From an uncultured Gemmatimonadota bacterium (GTDB taxonomy: Bacteria > JAAXHH01): a stretch of 64,000 nt of DNA. Position 1 is the first letter of the stretch. Every line of letters begins with the position of its first letter. The notes under the pieces are model-generated. The model saw only the letters and a list, made by a program, of their open reading frames with translations, was not told the DNA's origin and made no database searches. The stretch lies in NCBI GenBank assembly GCA_951812955.1, contig OX638340.1, positions 1,600,001 to 1,664,000 on the forward strand, given 5' to 3'. The position numbers and the translations under genes are program-made. Positions 29,802 through 40,893 of the stretch are shown here, one piece after another.

Positions 29802-30488
29802 CTACAAACTAACCGATTCCCCCGGCTTCAGCACGACGCAGCGTGCCAGGTCGCCCACCTTTTTGACGAACTCGGCGGGATCCTGCTCGATCACCGGAAA
29901 AGTGTTGTAGTGGACCGGGATCACGGTTCCCGCGCCGATCATCCGGACGGCCTCCACCGCGTCGTCGATTCCCATGGTGTAGTTGTCCCCGATGGGCAGG
30001 ATCACCACGTCCGGTTTCTCCATCCGTCCGATCAGGGCCATGTCGCCGAAGAGTCCCGTGTCCCCCGTATTGTAGATCGTCTTCCCGTCGAAATCGACGA
30101 TAATGCCGGCCGGATTGCCCAGGTAAACGATGGTCCCGTCGTCCGATGTCACCGACGAACTGTGCGTCGCCTGCGTCAACTTTACCCTTCCGAAGGGGAA
30201 GGTGTGCGATCCGCCGATCCCCAGATCGTGGGTATCGGCGCCCTGGGCCTCGCAGTAGTTGGCGAGTTCGAAGGAGGCGATGATCTTCGCTCCGCTTCGT
30301 AGGGCAACGGGCACGGCGTCGCCGATATGGTCGGAGTGACCATGAGTCAGCAGTATGTAATCGGGGTTCAGATCGTCCGCTGAAATCGTCGCCAACGGAT
30401 TGCCTGTGATGAAGGGATCGAACAGCAGATCATGGTTGCCGTCGGTCAGCGAATAACTGGCGTGTGCGTGATAGGTGAGTTCGGCCAT
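29802..30488 (-). CDS. Metal-dependent hydrolase, MBL fold (UPF0173/YtkL-like)
   Basis: HGHSDHIGD motif, 228 aa. Confidence 0.85.
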   Translation of the reverse strand: MAELTYHAHASYSLTDGNHDLLFDPFITGNPLATISADDLNPDYILLTHGHSDHIGDAVPVALRSGAKIIASFELANYCEAQGADTHDLGIGGSHTFPFGRVKLTQATHSSSVTSDDGTIVYLGNPAGIIVDFDGKTIYNTGDTGLFGDMALIGRMEKPDVVILPIGDNYTMGIDDAVEAVRMIGAGTVIPVHYNTFPVIEQDPAEFVKKVGDLARCVVLKPGESVSL

Positions 30489-30660
30489 GATTTCGTTCCT
30501 CGATTGTAATTGTGGAACAAGAAAAGCGGCCGGGGTGGCGTGTCGCCCCGGCCGCTTCTCAGGAATGGATCGCAGATACCGATCGATCTGGTTGGCCTGA
30601 TCGACCTGGTCGGACCGGTAGGACTGGCTGTTTCGTCCGCGCTTACTGTTCCGTCCGCGC

Positions 30661-31179
30661 TCAGACGGCGGATCGGGCAGCCGCCAGGGCGGCGTCGTAA
30701 TCCGGTTCCTCGGTGATTTCCGTCACGTACTCCGCGTGCCGCACGGTGTTTGAGGCGTCGACCACGAAGACGGCCCGCGCCAACAAGCGCAGTTCCTTGA
30801 TCACGGCGCCGTAGGCCACGCCCAGTGAAGTGTCGCGGTGGTCGGATAGCGCCGTCACGTTTTCGGCACCCGCATCGCCGCACCAGCGCTTCTGGGCGAA
30901 GGGCAGGTCCGTGCTGACCGCCAACACCTCGATGTTGTCACCCAGACCCGCGGCCTCCTGGTTGAATCGCCGGATTTCGGTATCGCAGACCGGCGTGTCG
31001 AGGGAAGGCACGAGGCAGATGACCTTTACTTTTCCCTCGTAATTCGCCAGCGTAACGGCGGAAAGGTCATCGCCCAGCACGGAAAAGTCCGGCGCAGCGT
31101 CTCCCACCTTCACTTCGTCACCGACCAGCGTTAAGCCATTTCCTTGAAAGGTTGCCGCACCGGCTCTTTCAGTCGCCAT
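30661..31179 (-). CDS. tpx: Thiol peroxidase (Tpx, atypical 2-Cys peroxiredoxin)
   Basis: The Met at 31179 gives a 172-aa protein. Peroxidatic Cys in SLDTPVCDTE, and the APDF motif. Confidence 0.85.
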   Translation of the reverse strand: MATERAGAATFQGNGLTLVGDEVKVGDAAPDFSVLGDDLSAVTLANYEGKVKVICLVPSLDTPVCDTEIRRFNQEAAGLGDNIEVLAVSTDLPFAQKRWCGDAGAENVTALSDHRDTSLGVAYGAVIKELRLLARAVFVVDASNTVRHAEYVTEITEEPDYDAALAAARSAV

Positions 31180-31366
31180 GATGTATGCTCTCCTTGCTGT
31201 GAAACGATTGTTGGAATCGGATTCTGGAAACTGATAGCAGATTCGAATACAGGCCACGTGATCTACGCGCGCACCTCGCGCACAACACGAATGTGCACTA
31301 CAGGGGTTTGCCGTAGGAAATGTCGCCGTCAACTCCGGCGCAACCTACGCGCGGGCCCCGCCGCTG

Positions 31367-32680
31367 TCAAGCGATTATGCCGTCCCGCTTGAGCATCGAA
31401 ACCGCCCCGTCAAAAGCCTCCACCGTACGTTCCACGTCCCCGGTGGTATGGACCGCCGAGGTCAATCCGTCGACCCCCATGCAATCTACGCCGTTCAGGA
31501 GCAACGCCTGCCGTATGGCGTGCAGCATATCCGCGTCGCCCCGGCGGTCCGCGGAGGCCGTTCCCGCCGAAAGGATCTTGAATCCGGAGAAGGAACCGTA
31601 GACCCGCCAGTTGTCCATGCCATTGGCTGCCAGCACCTCCGACATCCGGGCGCGAAGCTCCGCTGCCCGTTCGTTGGCGACGGCGATGTCGCGGCCGTCG
31701 GCGATGTGCTTGAGCATGGCGATACCCGCGGCCGCAGAGAGCGGGTTCGCGTTGAAGGTCCCGTAGTGCAGCATCTTCTGGTCCGTCTGCCACTCAGGGT
31801 CGTCCCGAAGCTCCAGGAGTTCCATGATGTCCGCGCGTCCGACCAGGGCCCCGCCGTTTAATCCGGCCGCCACGATCTTGGCCAGCGTGCTCAGGTCCGG
31901 CCTGACCCCATAGTGTTCCTGTGCGCCACCCGGCGCGCACCGAAATCCCGTCACGACTTCGTCCATGATGAAAATGACGCCGTACCGTTCGGTGAGATCC
32001 CGGAGCCCCGGTACGATGTCATCGGACAATTCGACACCGCCGAACATGGCGCCGGTCGGTTCCAGGATGAGGCAGGCGACGTCGTTATCCCGCTTCAGGA
32101 TGTCCGCCACGCGGTCCAGGTTTACCTCCGGCAGGCTGATGACGGTATCGAACACCTCCCGCAATACGCCGGGCATGGGCTTGTCGCGGCCCGGCCCCAC
32201 GCCGTCCAGGACCTGGTCGTGCCAGCCGTGGTAATGCCCCCGGAACTTGATGACCTTGCGCCGGCCCGTGAACGTACGCGCCAGCCGGATGGCCATGAGC
32301 GTGGCCTCGGTACCGGACGAAACGAAACGGACCGTCTCCGCGGAGGGCATCAGTTGTGTGATCATGTCCGCCCATTCGATCTCGAGTTCGTGGCAGGCGC
32401 CGTAGTGAGTGCCCTTAGCCGCCTGCTCGGCGATCGCCTGAACGATCACGGGATGGCTGTGGCCCAGGATCAGGGATCCGTGCCCCATCCAGTAGTCAAT
32501 GATCTCCCGGCCCTCTACCGACCACTTGCGCGATCCCTGCGCCCGGTCGATGTACACCGGGAAGGGGCGCATGAACCGTCCGTCGTGGGTCACCCCGTTG
32601 GGGAATCGTTTGAGCGCACGCTCGTACAGCGTGGCCGATTGGTTAAAGGTCTGCCTGTAGGTTGATTCAAGCATCGTCAT
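31367..32680 (-). CDS. Class III aminotransferase, glutamate-1-semialdehyde 2,1-aminomutase (HemL)-like
   Basis: DEVVTGFR PLP-lysine region, GHSHP, YHG. The start was chosen at the MTML Met (32680) rather than the track start at 32797. Confidence 0.8.
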   Translation of the reverse strand: MTMLESTYRQTFNQSATLYERALKRFPNGVTHDGRFMRPFPVYIDRAQGSRKWSVEGREIIDYWMGHGSLILGHSHPVIVQAIAEQAAKGTHYGACHELEIEWADMITQLMPSAETVRFVSSGTEATLMAIRLARTFTGRRKVIKFRGHYHGWHDQVLDGVGPGRDKPMPGVLREVFDTVISLPEVNLDRVADILKRDNDVACLILEPTGAMFGGVELSDDIVPGLRDLTERYGVIFIMDEVVTGFRCAPGGAQEHYGVRPDLSTLAKIVAAGLNGGALVGRADIMELLELRDDPEWQTDQKMLHYGTFNANPLSAAAGIAMLKHIADGRDIAVANERAAELRARMSEVLAANGMDNWRVYGSFSGFKILSAGTASADRRGDADMLHAIRQALLLNGVDCMGVDGLTSAVHTTGDVERTVEAFDGAVSMLKRDGIIA

Positions 32681-33017
32681 GGATGACGCTCCGCATAACC
32701 CGAATCGCGCCTGGAAATGCCGGATTCCAGAAGCGATGCCGTAGAGGTGGTATCGTTGTTGAATCCCTATAATACGGGGAGTATGGGGGGATGACAAGGC
32801 CTATCTATTAGGTCCGAAGGAGGGGTTTCGGCTTGACATTCGGCCTGAAAATGGTAGGTTAATCCGAACAGCAAAGCAGCACGTTGTATCTACACGCGAT
32901 CGAGCGGAACACACGGTCGAGCAAAGCGCGCGTTTGAGCAGAGCACACTGTCGAGCAGAATACGTAATCGGTTAAAGTGAGACCGATCAGCCGGCCAGTC
33001 CCCCGGGGATTCCGTTC

Positions 33018-33620
33018 ATGCCGTACATTGAAGCAAAATACAATGAATTCGTGGTTTCGAAACGCCCCACAGACCGACGACCGAGCGGCACGCTCAAGGT
33101 CTTCCTCGCGGCAGTCAGCTGCCTGGCGATCGCGGTCAGCGCGACGATTAGCGTTCCGAACGCCACTGCCGGGGATGGCAGCGAGAAAAGAGCGTCAGAA
33201 CCCGACTGGCAACGGCTCGATAAGGCCCTGACAATGGCCAAAGACTCCGGCAAGCTCATTATCGTCAACTTTTACACCGACTGGTGCCCTAATTGCAGAA
33301 GGATGAATGAGAAGACCTATCGTGACGATGGCGTCCTGAAGCAACTGAGCAAGTCCTTCATCCCGGTGAAGCTGAACGCGGAGTCCTCCCAAACGCTGAT
33401 TATTGAAGGCCAGGCCGTAACGGAATACCAGGTGGCCCTGGTTTTCCAGGTCAACAGCTATCCCACCACGTGGTTCCTGTCATCGGACGGCCGACCTCTC
33501 ATACCCGTCAGAGGTTACTACGGCCCCGATCTCTTCGCTCCCATGCTGCGTTTTGTCGAAGGCGGATGGTACGAGAAGATGGATTTCGACATGTACATGG
33601 AGCGGGAAAAGAAGAAATAA
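33018..33620 (+). CDS. Thioredoxin-fold protein (WCPNC active site) with N-terminal signal anchor
   Basis: The FYTDWCPNCRRM CxxC motif in a thioredoxin-like context, with a hydrophobic N-terminus. Confidence 0.7.
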   Translation: MPYIEAKYNEFVVSKRPTDRRPSGTLKVFLAAVSCLAIAVSATISVPNATAGDGSEKRASEPDWQRLDKALTMAKDSGKLIIVNFYTDWCPNCRRMNEKTYRDDGVLKQLSKSFIPVKLNAESSQTLIIEGQAVTEYQVALVFQVNSYPTTWFLSSDGRPLIPVRGYYGPDLFAPMLRFVEGGWYEKMDFDMYMEREKKK

Positions 33621-33778
33621 AAAGACGGCGCCGGTAAACTCCCGCCGGGGCAATGGCAGACGGATTTGTTCAGTCCGTTCAAGAGTTCACGCGACGCCGC
33701 TTTTACTTGTCGTACGGCCGCTATGTCGCCGGCCGGTTTATCCCTCGCGGCCAGCCGATTTACACACCTCTCACTCCT

Positions 33779-34639
33779 TCAATCCGCGTAGGCGGCCAAG
33801 CGCCTGCCGTGGCGGGTGTGGCGCAGCTTGTTGATGGCCTTCTGCTTGATCTGGCGGATTCGTTCCCGCGTCAGGCCGAATCGAACCCCGATCTCTTCCA
33901 ACGTGTAGGACCGGTCCGAATTCAGGCCGAAGTAGAGATTCAACACTTCGCTCTCCCGATCGGTCAGGGTCGAAACCGCACGCCGGACCTCGCTCCGCAT
34001 GAGCTCTTCCTGCAATTCTTCGTCCGGCATCTTGCTGTCCTGATCCCGGAGCCGGTCCATCAGCGTGTAGGCATCCTGGTCGCCGATCGGCGCATCCAGG
34101 GATAGCGGCGTGCTCGCCCATTCCGGCAGGGCGGGATGCCGGCCCTTGCCGTAACTCCGCTCCGCGTCTAAACCGGCGCCGGAATCGTCTCCGGCCTGGG
34201 CGCTTTCAGCTTCCCGCTTCTTGATGGTGCGCTCGATCCGGCGCAGTTCCTCTATCTTGTTGACGGGCAATCGGATCAACCGGGCCTGTTCGGCCAGAGC
34301 ATGGAGAATAGCCTGCCGAATCCACCACACGGCGTAGGAGATAAACTTGAATCCCTTCGTCTCATCGAAACGGCGCGCGGCTTTCATCAGGCCGATATTC
34401 CCCTCGCTGATCAGATCGGAAAGGGAGAGACCCTGGTTCTGGTATTGCTTGGCGACCACAACGACGAATCGCAGGTTGGCGTGTACCATGGCCTCGAGGG
34501 CATTCTCGTCGCCATCACGGATTCGGCGGGCCAGTTCCTCCTCATCCGCTGGTGTCAGCAGTTCCGTATCGCCGATCTCTTTCAGGTATACGTCGAGCGA
34601 CTGGTCGTCTCTGATTTGGATCCTCGTGTTCAACTTCAT
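33779..34639 (-). CDS. rpoD: RNA polymerase primary sigma factor, short Bacteroidota-type SigA/RpoD
   Basis: 286 aa. Regions 2-4 are conserved (ANLRFVVVVAKQYQNQGLSLSDLISEGNIGLMKAARRFDETKGFKFISYAVWWIRQ... LTDRESEVLNLYFGL). Length and sequence closely resemble Bacteroides SigA. Confidence 0.8.
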   Translation of the reverse strand: MKLNTRIQIRDDQSLDVYLKEIGDTELLTPADEEELARRIRDGDENALEAMVHANLRFVVVVAKQYQNQGLSLSDLISEGNIGLMKAARRFDETKGFKFISYAVWWIRQAILHALAEQARLIRLPVNKIEELRRIERTIKKREAESAQAGDDSGAGLDAERSYGKGRHPALPEWASTPLSLDAPIGDQDAYTLMDRLRDQDSKMPDEELQEELMRSEVRRAVSTLTDRESEVLNLYFGLNSDRSYTLEEIGVRFGLTRERIRQIKQKAINKLRHTRHGRRLAAYAD

Positions 34640-34694
34640 TCCGAATCACCTCCCTGCCAGTACAGTTGCGTGTGTATTGTTGGCAGCCACATTA

Positions 34695-34725
34695 TGCCAA
34701 TTTGGCATAATGTGCCAATTTGGCA
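34695..34725. promoter_or_regulatory. Tandem palindromic motif TGCCAATTTGGCA-taatg-TGCCAATTTGGCA in the divergent sigA/hsp20 intergenic region (candidate operator)
   Basis: Read directly. Two 13-bp near-perfect palindromes sit 18 bp apart, and the joining segment TTGGCA-N5-TGCCAA is also palindromic. Confidence 0.4.
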
Positions 34726-35010
34726 TATCCTAAATGGTCTTACTAATGTAGTCGGATTATTCAATTTTTTCTCGAGTCTTTTCTAATAATCTAACCGTTT
34801 TGCAATCAATGACTTACACTTCTCGTTTAACATTCTTTCGGATGCACACACTCAAACTGGCACGGTCTTTGCAATTACTATGTTGCGGATACCGATTCTG
34901 CCGCTTCGTCCGCGATTCTTAACTAGTGTACGCCGGCGAAGGCCATTCGGTTCCGAAAGACGGCGAAGAGTTTTCGAAGTGTTGCAGTATACACCTAAAG
35001 GAGGAGCATC

Positions 35011-35433
35011 ATGAGAGCGACAACCATTTTCCCGCTGCCGAACCTGCATAGCCTGCAGACCGAATTGGACGGCATGTTCCGTCAATTCCCGTTCAGGTCC
35101 GATCTCTCGAACCGCCTGTCGCCTCGCGTGGACACCCATGAGACCGAGGACGCCTTCCTGGTCGCGGTGGACCTTCCGGGCGTGGCATCGGACGACGTGG
35201 CGATCAACCTCGACAAGGGTGTGCTGACCGTGAGCGGCGAGCGCAAGAGTCCGTTCGGTCTCAATGGCGACGCAGAGCGGCAATCAGACGGCAAGTTCGA
35301 GCACGCTTTTCCCGTGCCGGACTCGGTAGATACCGATTCGATCGACGCGACGTACAAGGACGGCGTCATGACGATCACGCTGCGGAAGTCGAAGTCATCG
35401 CAGCCCAGGCAGATTCCGATCACCGTCGCCTAG
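35011..35433 (+). CDS. Hsp20/alpha-crystallin family small heat-shock protein
   Basis: ACD domain (AFLVAVDLPGV...VLTVSGER...GVMTITLRK). AAAGGAGG RBS. Confidence 0.9.
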   Translation: MRATTIFPLPNLHSLQTELDGMFRQFPFRSDLSNRLSPRVDTHETEDAFLVAVDLPGVASDDVAINLDKGVLTVSGERKSPFGLNGDAERQSDGKFEHAFPVPDSVDTDSIDATYKDGVMTITLRKSKSSQPRQIPITVA

Positions 35434-35614
35434 TCTTTCGCTGAATCACGGGCGGGACGAACCCGCTCATCCAGGAATCGGACATGGCCCGCCTCTTTGC
35501 AGGGACGGGCGTGTCCGTTTTCCATGGGGCAAACCGGGTCTGGTCATTTTTGGGATCGGACAAGGCTCGCCTCATCATGTTTAAAGAGGTATAACCTTCT
35601 GGGAGCAACAACAC

Positions 35615-37597
<1,983 letters not shown>

Positions 37598-37608
37598 GGG
37601 GAGCAAAA

Positions 37609-37647
37609 GAAACGCGGGGCTCGATGTGAGTCCCGCGTTTTCTGTTT
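37609..37647 (+). terminator. Rho-independent terminator after dnaK
   Basis: AAACGCGGGGCTC-gatgt-GAGTCCCGCGTTT hairpin followed by TTTCTGTTT. Confidence 0.8.
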
Positions 37648-37680
37648 GGTGGTCTATTTCTCAAGAATTCCAGCGGCCAA

Positions 37681-38229
37681 TCACCCTCCGAGACGAAACG
37701 AAACGCCCAGGTTCGCATACCTCCACAGATCGTTGCTCACGCCAAATGATGCGACAACGCCAAATCGATGCGTGACCCATATCCCACCCCCGATAGACCC
37801 AACAGGGTCAATAGCGGTTGTTTCGTCCTCTAAGTCGAAGACGTCGATATCTCCCCGCTTGATTTCCACACCGAGCAGCCCCTCGACATAGTACTTCCTG
37901 GACTCGCCATAATAAAAACGGACGCCTCCGGATATCGGGATGCCCTGATACGCCGAGTCAATAGGGATCAAATTACCGTCCACATCGAAGACATCTTCCA
38001 CTTTGGAGCCATAGTGATTGAATCCGGCTCTTGCAACCAGATCGAGAGATTCCAAGTTTTCGAGCGAATAGGTAACGGCCACGGAACCACCAAATCCCGT
38101 CCCGTCAGCTAAAATGTCCAATTCTTCCAGGGCGACTGATCTATGTCCTTCAATTTCCAGTGAAACCTGGGCGTGTGTCTTCCCGGCCATAATACAGGGA
38201 ATAAGTAGCAGGAAGAGTAATCGTCGCAT
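37681..38229 (-). CDS. Outer-membrane beta-barrel protein (small OMP, PF13505-like)
   Basis: Signal peptide MRRLLFLLLIPCIMAGKTHA, alternating amphipathic beta-strands, and a C-terminal aromatic-rich strand. Confidence 0.55.
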   Translation of the reverse strand: MRRLLFLLLIPCIMAGKTHAQVSLEIEGHRSVALEELDILADGTGFGGSVAVTYSLENLESLDLVARAGFNHYGSKVEDVFDVDGNLIPIDSAYQGIPISGGVRFYYGESRKYYVEGLLGVEIKRGDIDVFDLEDETTAIDPVGSIGGGIWVTHRFGVVASFGVSNDLWRYANLGVSFRLGG

Positions 38230-38274
38230 GGTTGATTCCTTTATTGGGTGTGCTTCACGTCAATCGGGACCATT

Positions 38275-38727
38275 TCACGCCCCTTCAAGCATCTCCAGGT
38301 CCGCCAGATCTCTCTGCCTGCCTGTCGCCCGTTTGTTCTTGATGAATTGATCGCGTCCGATGTAATGAACTTGGATATCCCCGTATGTACCGCGCACTCG
38401 CCCTTTGTTCGCTTCGCTCCACGAAACGCCCGTCAGTGAGTTTAAGATATCCAGTCGTACTGGAGGCACACCTAATTGTAGTACCGATTCGGCTGTTAAG
38501 AAATCTTCCGCGGTCAGCCCCAGATCACCAAACCCGAATTCATCAAGAACGATGGCCATGCGCTTGGCATTCACAGCGTCCGATTTGATATAGACATCAA
38601 GATCCCCTGTGTATCGAGGCGCCCCGTGAAAGGCCAGGGCATGTCCTCCGACGATCATGTACTCAACGTGATGAGCGTTTAATAACGCGAGCAACGCACT
38701 GAAGTCGGGGTCTGCCTTTATGTCCAT
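38275..38727 (-). CDS. Minimal nucleotidyltransferase (Pol-beta superfamily NTase, possible TA-module component)
   Basis: hGG...x9..DLDV motif (MIVGGHALAFHGAPRYTGDLDVYI). Confidence 0.5.
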   Translation of the reverse strand: MDIKADPDFSALLALLNAHHVEYMIVGGHALAFHGAPRYTGDLDVYIKSDAVNAKRMAIVLDEFGFGDLGLTAEDFLTAESVLQLGVPPVRLDILNSLTGVSWSEANKGRVRGTYGDIQVHYIGRDQFIKNKRATGRQRDLADLEMLEGA

Positions 38728-38954
38728 AGAGCTGGTTTCGGAGGTATTCGACCGCGGCGATCCGTTCTTCCGGCGTTTTGCTCAACCAGTAGGCAAGATC
38801 GTCCGTCGTGGCGGATTTATCGTCCAGGGGTCGTTTTCCTACTTTCTTCTCAATCATGAATCGACCTCCCATTACCGGTGGGTTTACTCAAATTAGCTCA
38901 TGAATCATGAAGTGTCAACCTGATAGAGCGTACGACCAGTGTAGGAGACTTTCG

Positions 38955-38983
38955 TTGACATGCTCAAGAATCCGATGTATTTT
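38955..38983 (+). promoter_or_regulatory. sigma70-like promoter TTGACA-17-TATTTT in the AT-rich region upstream of the RHH/RelE cassette
   Basis: Read directly. A second TTGACA-17-TAATCA lies at 39001-39029. Confidence 0.4.
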
Positions 38984-39039
38984 GATACCTATGCAATCAA
39001 TTGACATTAAACTACTTCTCTTGTAATCAAGGTGCTGCC

Positions 39040-39261
39040 ATGAGTCAAATCACAGCAAGGGTTCCGGACAGCCTCGTCGAAGCACTTGATGCGGCGGCGG
39101 CAGAACTGAAAAGAAGTCGTGCCGCGCTTGTACGTCAAGCGCTTGAGCGATATCTTGAGGACTACGACGACCTCAGCGTAGCAATCGAACGTCTACGCGA
39201 TCCTTCTGATCCCGTGCTCGACTGGGACAAGGTCAGGAATGAGTTACTCGATTCACATTAA
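39040..39261 (+). CDS. Ribbon-helix-helix antitoxin (CopG/RelB-like)
   Basis: MSQITARVPDSLVEALD...RSRAALVRQALERYLEDYDD. The start was chosen at 39040 because the track's TTG start at 39001 coincides with a TTGACA promoter hexamer. Confidence 0.75.
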   Translation: MSQITARVPDSLVEALDAAAAELKRSRAALVRQALERYLEDYDDLSVAIERLRDPSDPVLDWDKVRNELLDSH

Positions 39262-39499
39262 GAAAAGTGCGGCCAAAGAACTGGCGCGTATTGCTTCGAA
39301 CGACCGTGGCCGCGTCATTCGTGCGATCGATCAACTAAAAGACCACCCTTACTCAGGCAGTCCTTTGAAAGGTGAGTTACGCGGCATCCGGCGAATTCGA
39401 GTGGGCGATTACCGTGTGTTGTACGAAGTCGGTGTAGAAGAACTCACCATACTCATAGTACGGGTAGCCACTCGAGAGGAAGTACACCGTCGTGGATGA
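39239..39499 (+). CDS. RelE/ParE-family toxin (type II TA)
   Basis: 86 aa; ...GDYRVLYEVGVEELTILIVRVATREEVHR is the typical RelE/ParE C-terminus. Overlaps the antitoxin by 23 nt. Confidence 0.75.
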   Translation: MSYSIHIKKSAAKELARIASNDRGRVIRAIDQLKDHPYSGSPLKGELRGIRRIRVGDYRVLYEVGVEELTILIVRVATREEVHRRG

Positions 39500-39592
39500 T
39501 CTAACCAGTATCGGTTTAAGAGCCAAAAGATACGCGTTGATTCTGCCGTGGTGGCCATGTAAAATCTTCCTGAATCCAACCCGGGAGGCACC

Positions 39593-40762
39593 ATGGCAAT
39601 AGACAGCACCGCAGACCCTCTCGCAATTACCCTCGGCGTCGAGGAAGAATTCTTCCTCATCGATCCGGAAACGCGCGATCTGCTGCCGGATCCGGACCCG
39701 CATATATTCCAGGAATGTGAGAAGAACCGCGGGGACCACAAGGTCGTGGCCGAGTTCCTCCGCTCCCAGATCGAGACTACAACTCGGGTCTGCTCCTCCG
39801 TGACGGAAATCCATACTTCCCTGCTAGAGACCCGCCGCCTTGTCATCGCCGCGGCGGCAAAACATGGCGCCGCGGTACTGGCCGCTTCCACCCACCCCTT
39901 CGCGGCCTGGCACCAGCAGGTTCCAACGGCCGATCAGCGCTACGAACAGTTTGCCATGACTTACCAGCAGGCCGTAAGGGAACTGCTCGTGGGCGGCATG
40001 CACATCCACGCGGGTTTCGGCGACCCCGACAGCCGCGTGCGGGTCATGACGGCGATGCGTCGTTATATGCCGCTGCTCCACGCGTTATCCGCTTCCTCTC
40101 CCTTCAACAGCGGACGGGAGACCGGCTTCAAGTCGTATCGGCTGACCCTCTTCGGCAGCTTGCCGCGCACGGGTCTGCCGGGGCCGCTTCACTCCTGGGC
40201 GGAATTCGAGAAACTGGTCGAAGAATACCAAAGGTTGGAGTTCATCCAGGACAGCAGCGAGCTGTGGTGGGATATCCGTCCTTCCCGGGCCTTCCCTACC
40301 CTGGAACTGCGCATCTGCGACATCTGCCAGACCGTGGACGACGCCATGTGCGTCGTGGCGCTCTATGCGTGTCTCGTGCGATACCTGCTTCGGCTGGACA
40401 TGGAAGGGCGGCTTCCGACGGAACCGCCGACGGAACTGATCAAGGAAAACTGCTGGCTCGCCCAGCGTTACGGCGTGGTTGCTTTCCTGGGCGACACAGA
40501 GGGATCGGGCCGTCAGGATATCGATGAGTACGCCGAAGCCCTGGTCGAGAATCTGTCCGAAGACGCCAAGGCCCTCGGATGCGAAAACGAACTGCGCCAC
40601 ATTCTGGACCTCATCCGGTACGGCACTGGATCGGACCGGCAGATCGACCACTACAGACTTCGACGACTGGAAGGGGATTCGGAGGAGGAGGCCCTGCGGG
40701 CGGTCGTGGATCTCGTGGTCGCAGAGACCGGAAACGGCCTGGATGCGCCGGACGGGGCGTGA
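39593..40762 (+). CDS. ybdK: Carboxylate-amine ligase, YbdK family (GCS2, gamma-glutamyl-cysteine ligase-like)
   Basis: N-terminal TLGVEEEFFLIDPETRDL and overall GCS2 pattern. 389 aa. Confidence 0.85.
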   Translation: MAIDSTADPLAITLGVEEEFFLIDPETRDLLPDPDPHIFQECEKNRGDHKVVAEFLRSQIETTTRVCSSVTEIHTSLLETRRLVIAAAAKHGAAVLAASTHPFAAWHQQVPTADQRYEQFAMTYQQAVRELLVGGMHIHAGFGDPDSRVRVMTAMRRYMPLLHALSASSPFNSGRETGFKSYRLTLFGSLPRTGLPGPLHSWAEFEKLVEEYQRLEFIQDSSELWWDIRPSRAFPTLELRICDICQTVDDAMCVVALYACLVRYLLRLDMEGRLPTEPPTELIKENCWLAQRYGVVAFLGDTEGSGRQDIDEYAEALVENLSEDAKALGCENELRHILDLIRYGTGSDRQIDHYRLRRLEGDSEEEALRAVVDLVVAETGNGLDAPDGA

Positions 40763-40893
40763 CGATCAGCGTCGGCATGCCGCCTGCGGCGTGGTGTTGG
40801 CATCTTCCATTCTTAGTGACCGAACAGAAGAGCAACTCTTAAGAGCACCTTTTAAAACAGGGTGCCTCTGCCGAATTGAAAGGAGACCAGCTC

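Noticed and set aside
34690-34730. sigma54 (-24/-12) promoter interpretation of the TGGCAC-containing palindromes upstream of sigA
   Set aside because: The GG-to-GC spacing is 8 nt rather than 10, and the -12 TTGC element is missing.
38663-38872. 69-aa ORF overlapping the 5' end of the nucleotidyltransferase gene
   Set aside because: No recognisable domain, and it overlaps in another frame. Kept only as a possible frameshift or partner hypothesis in the findings.
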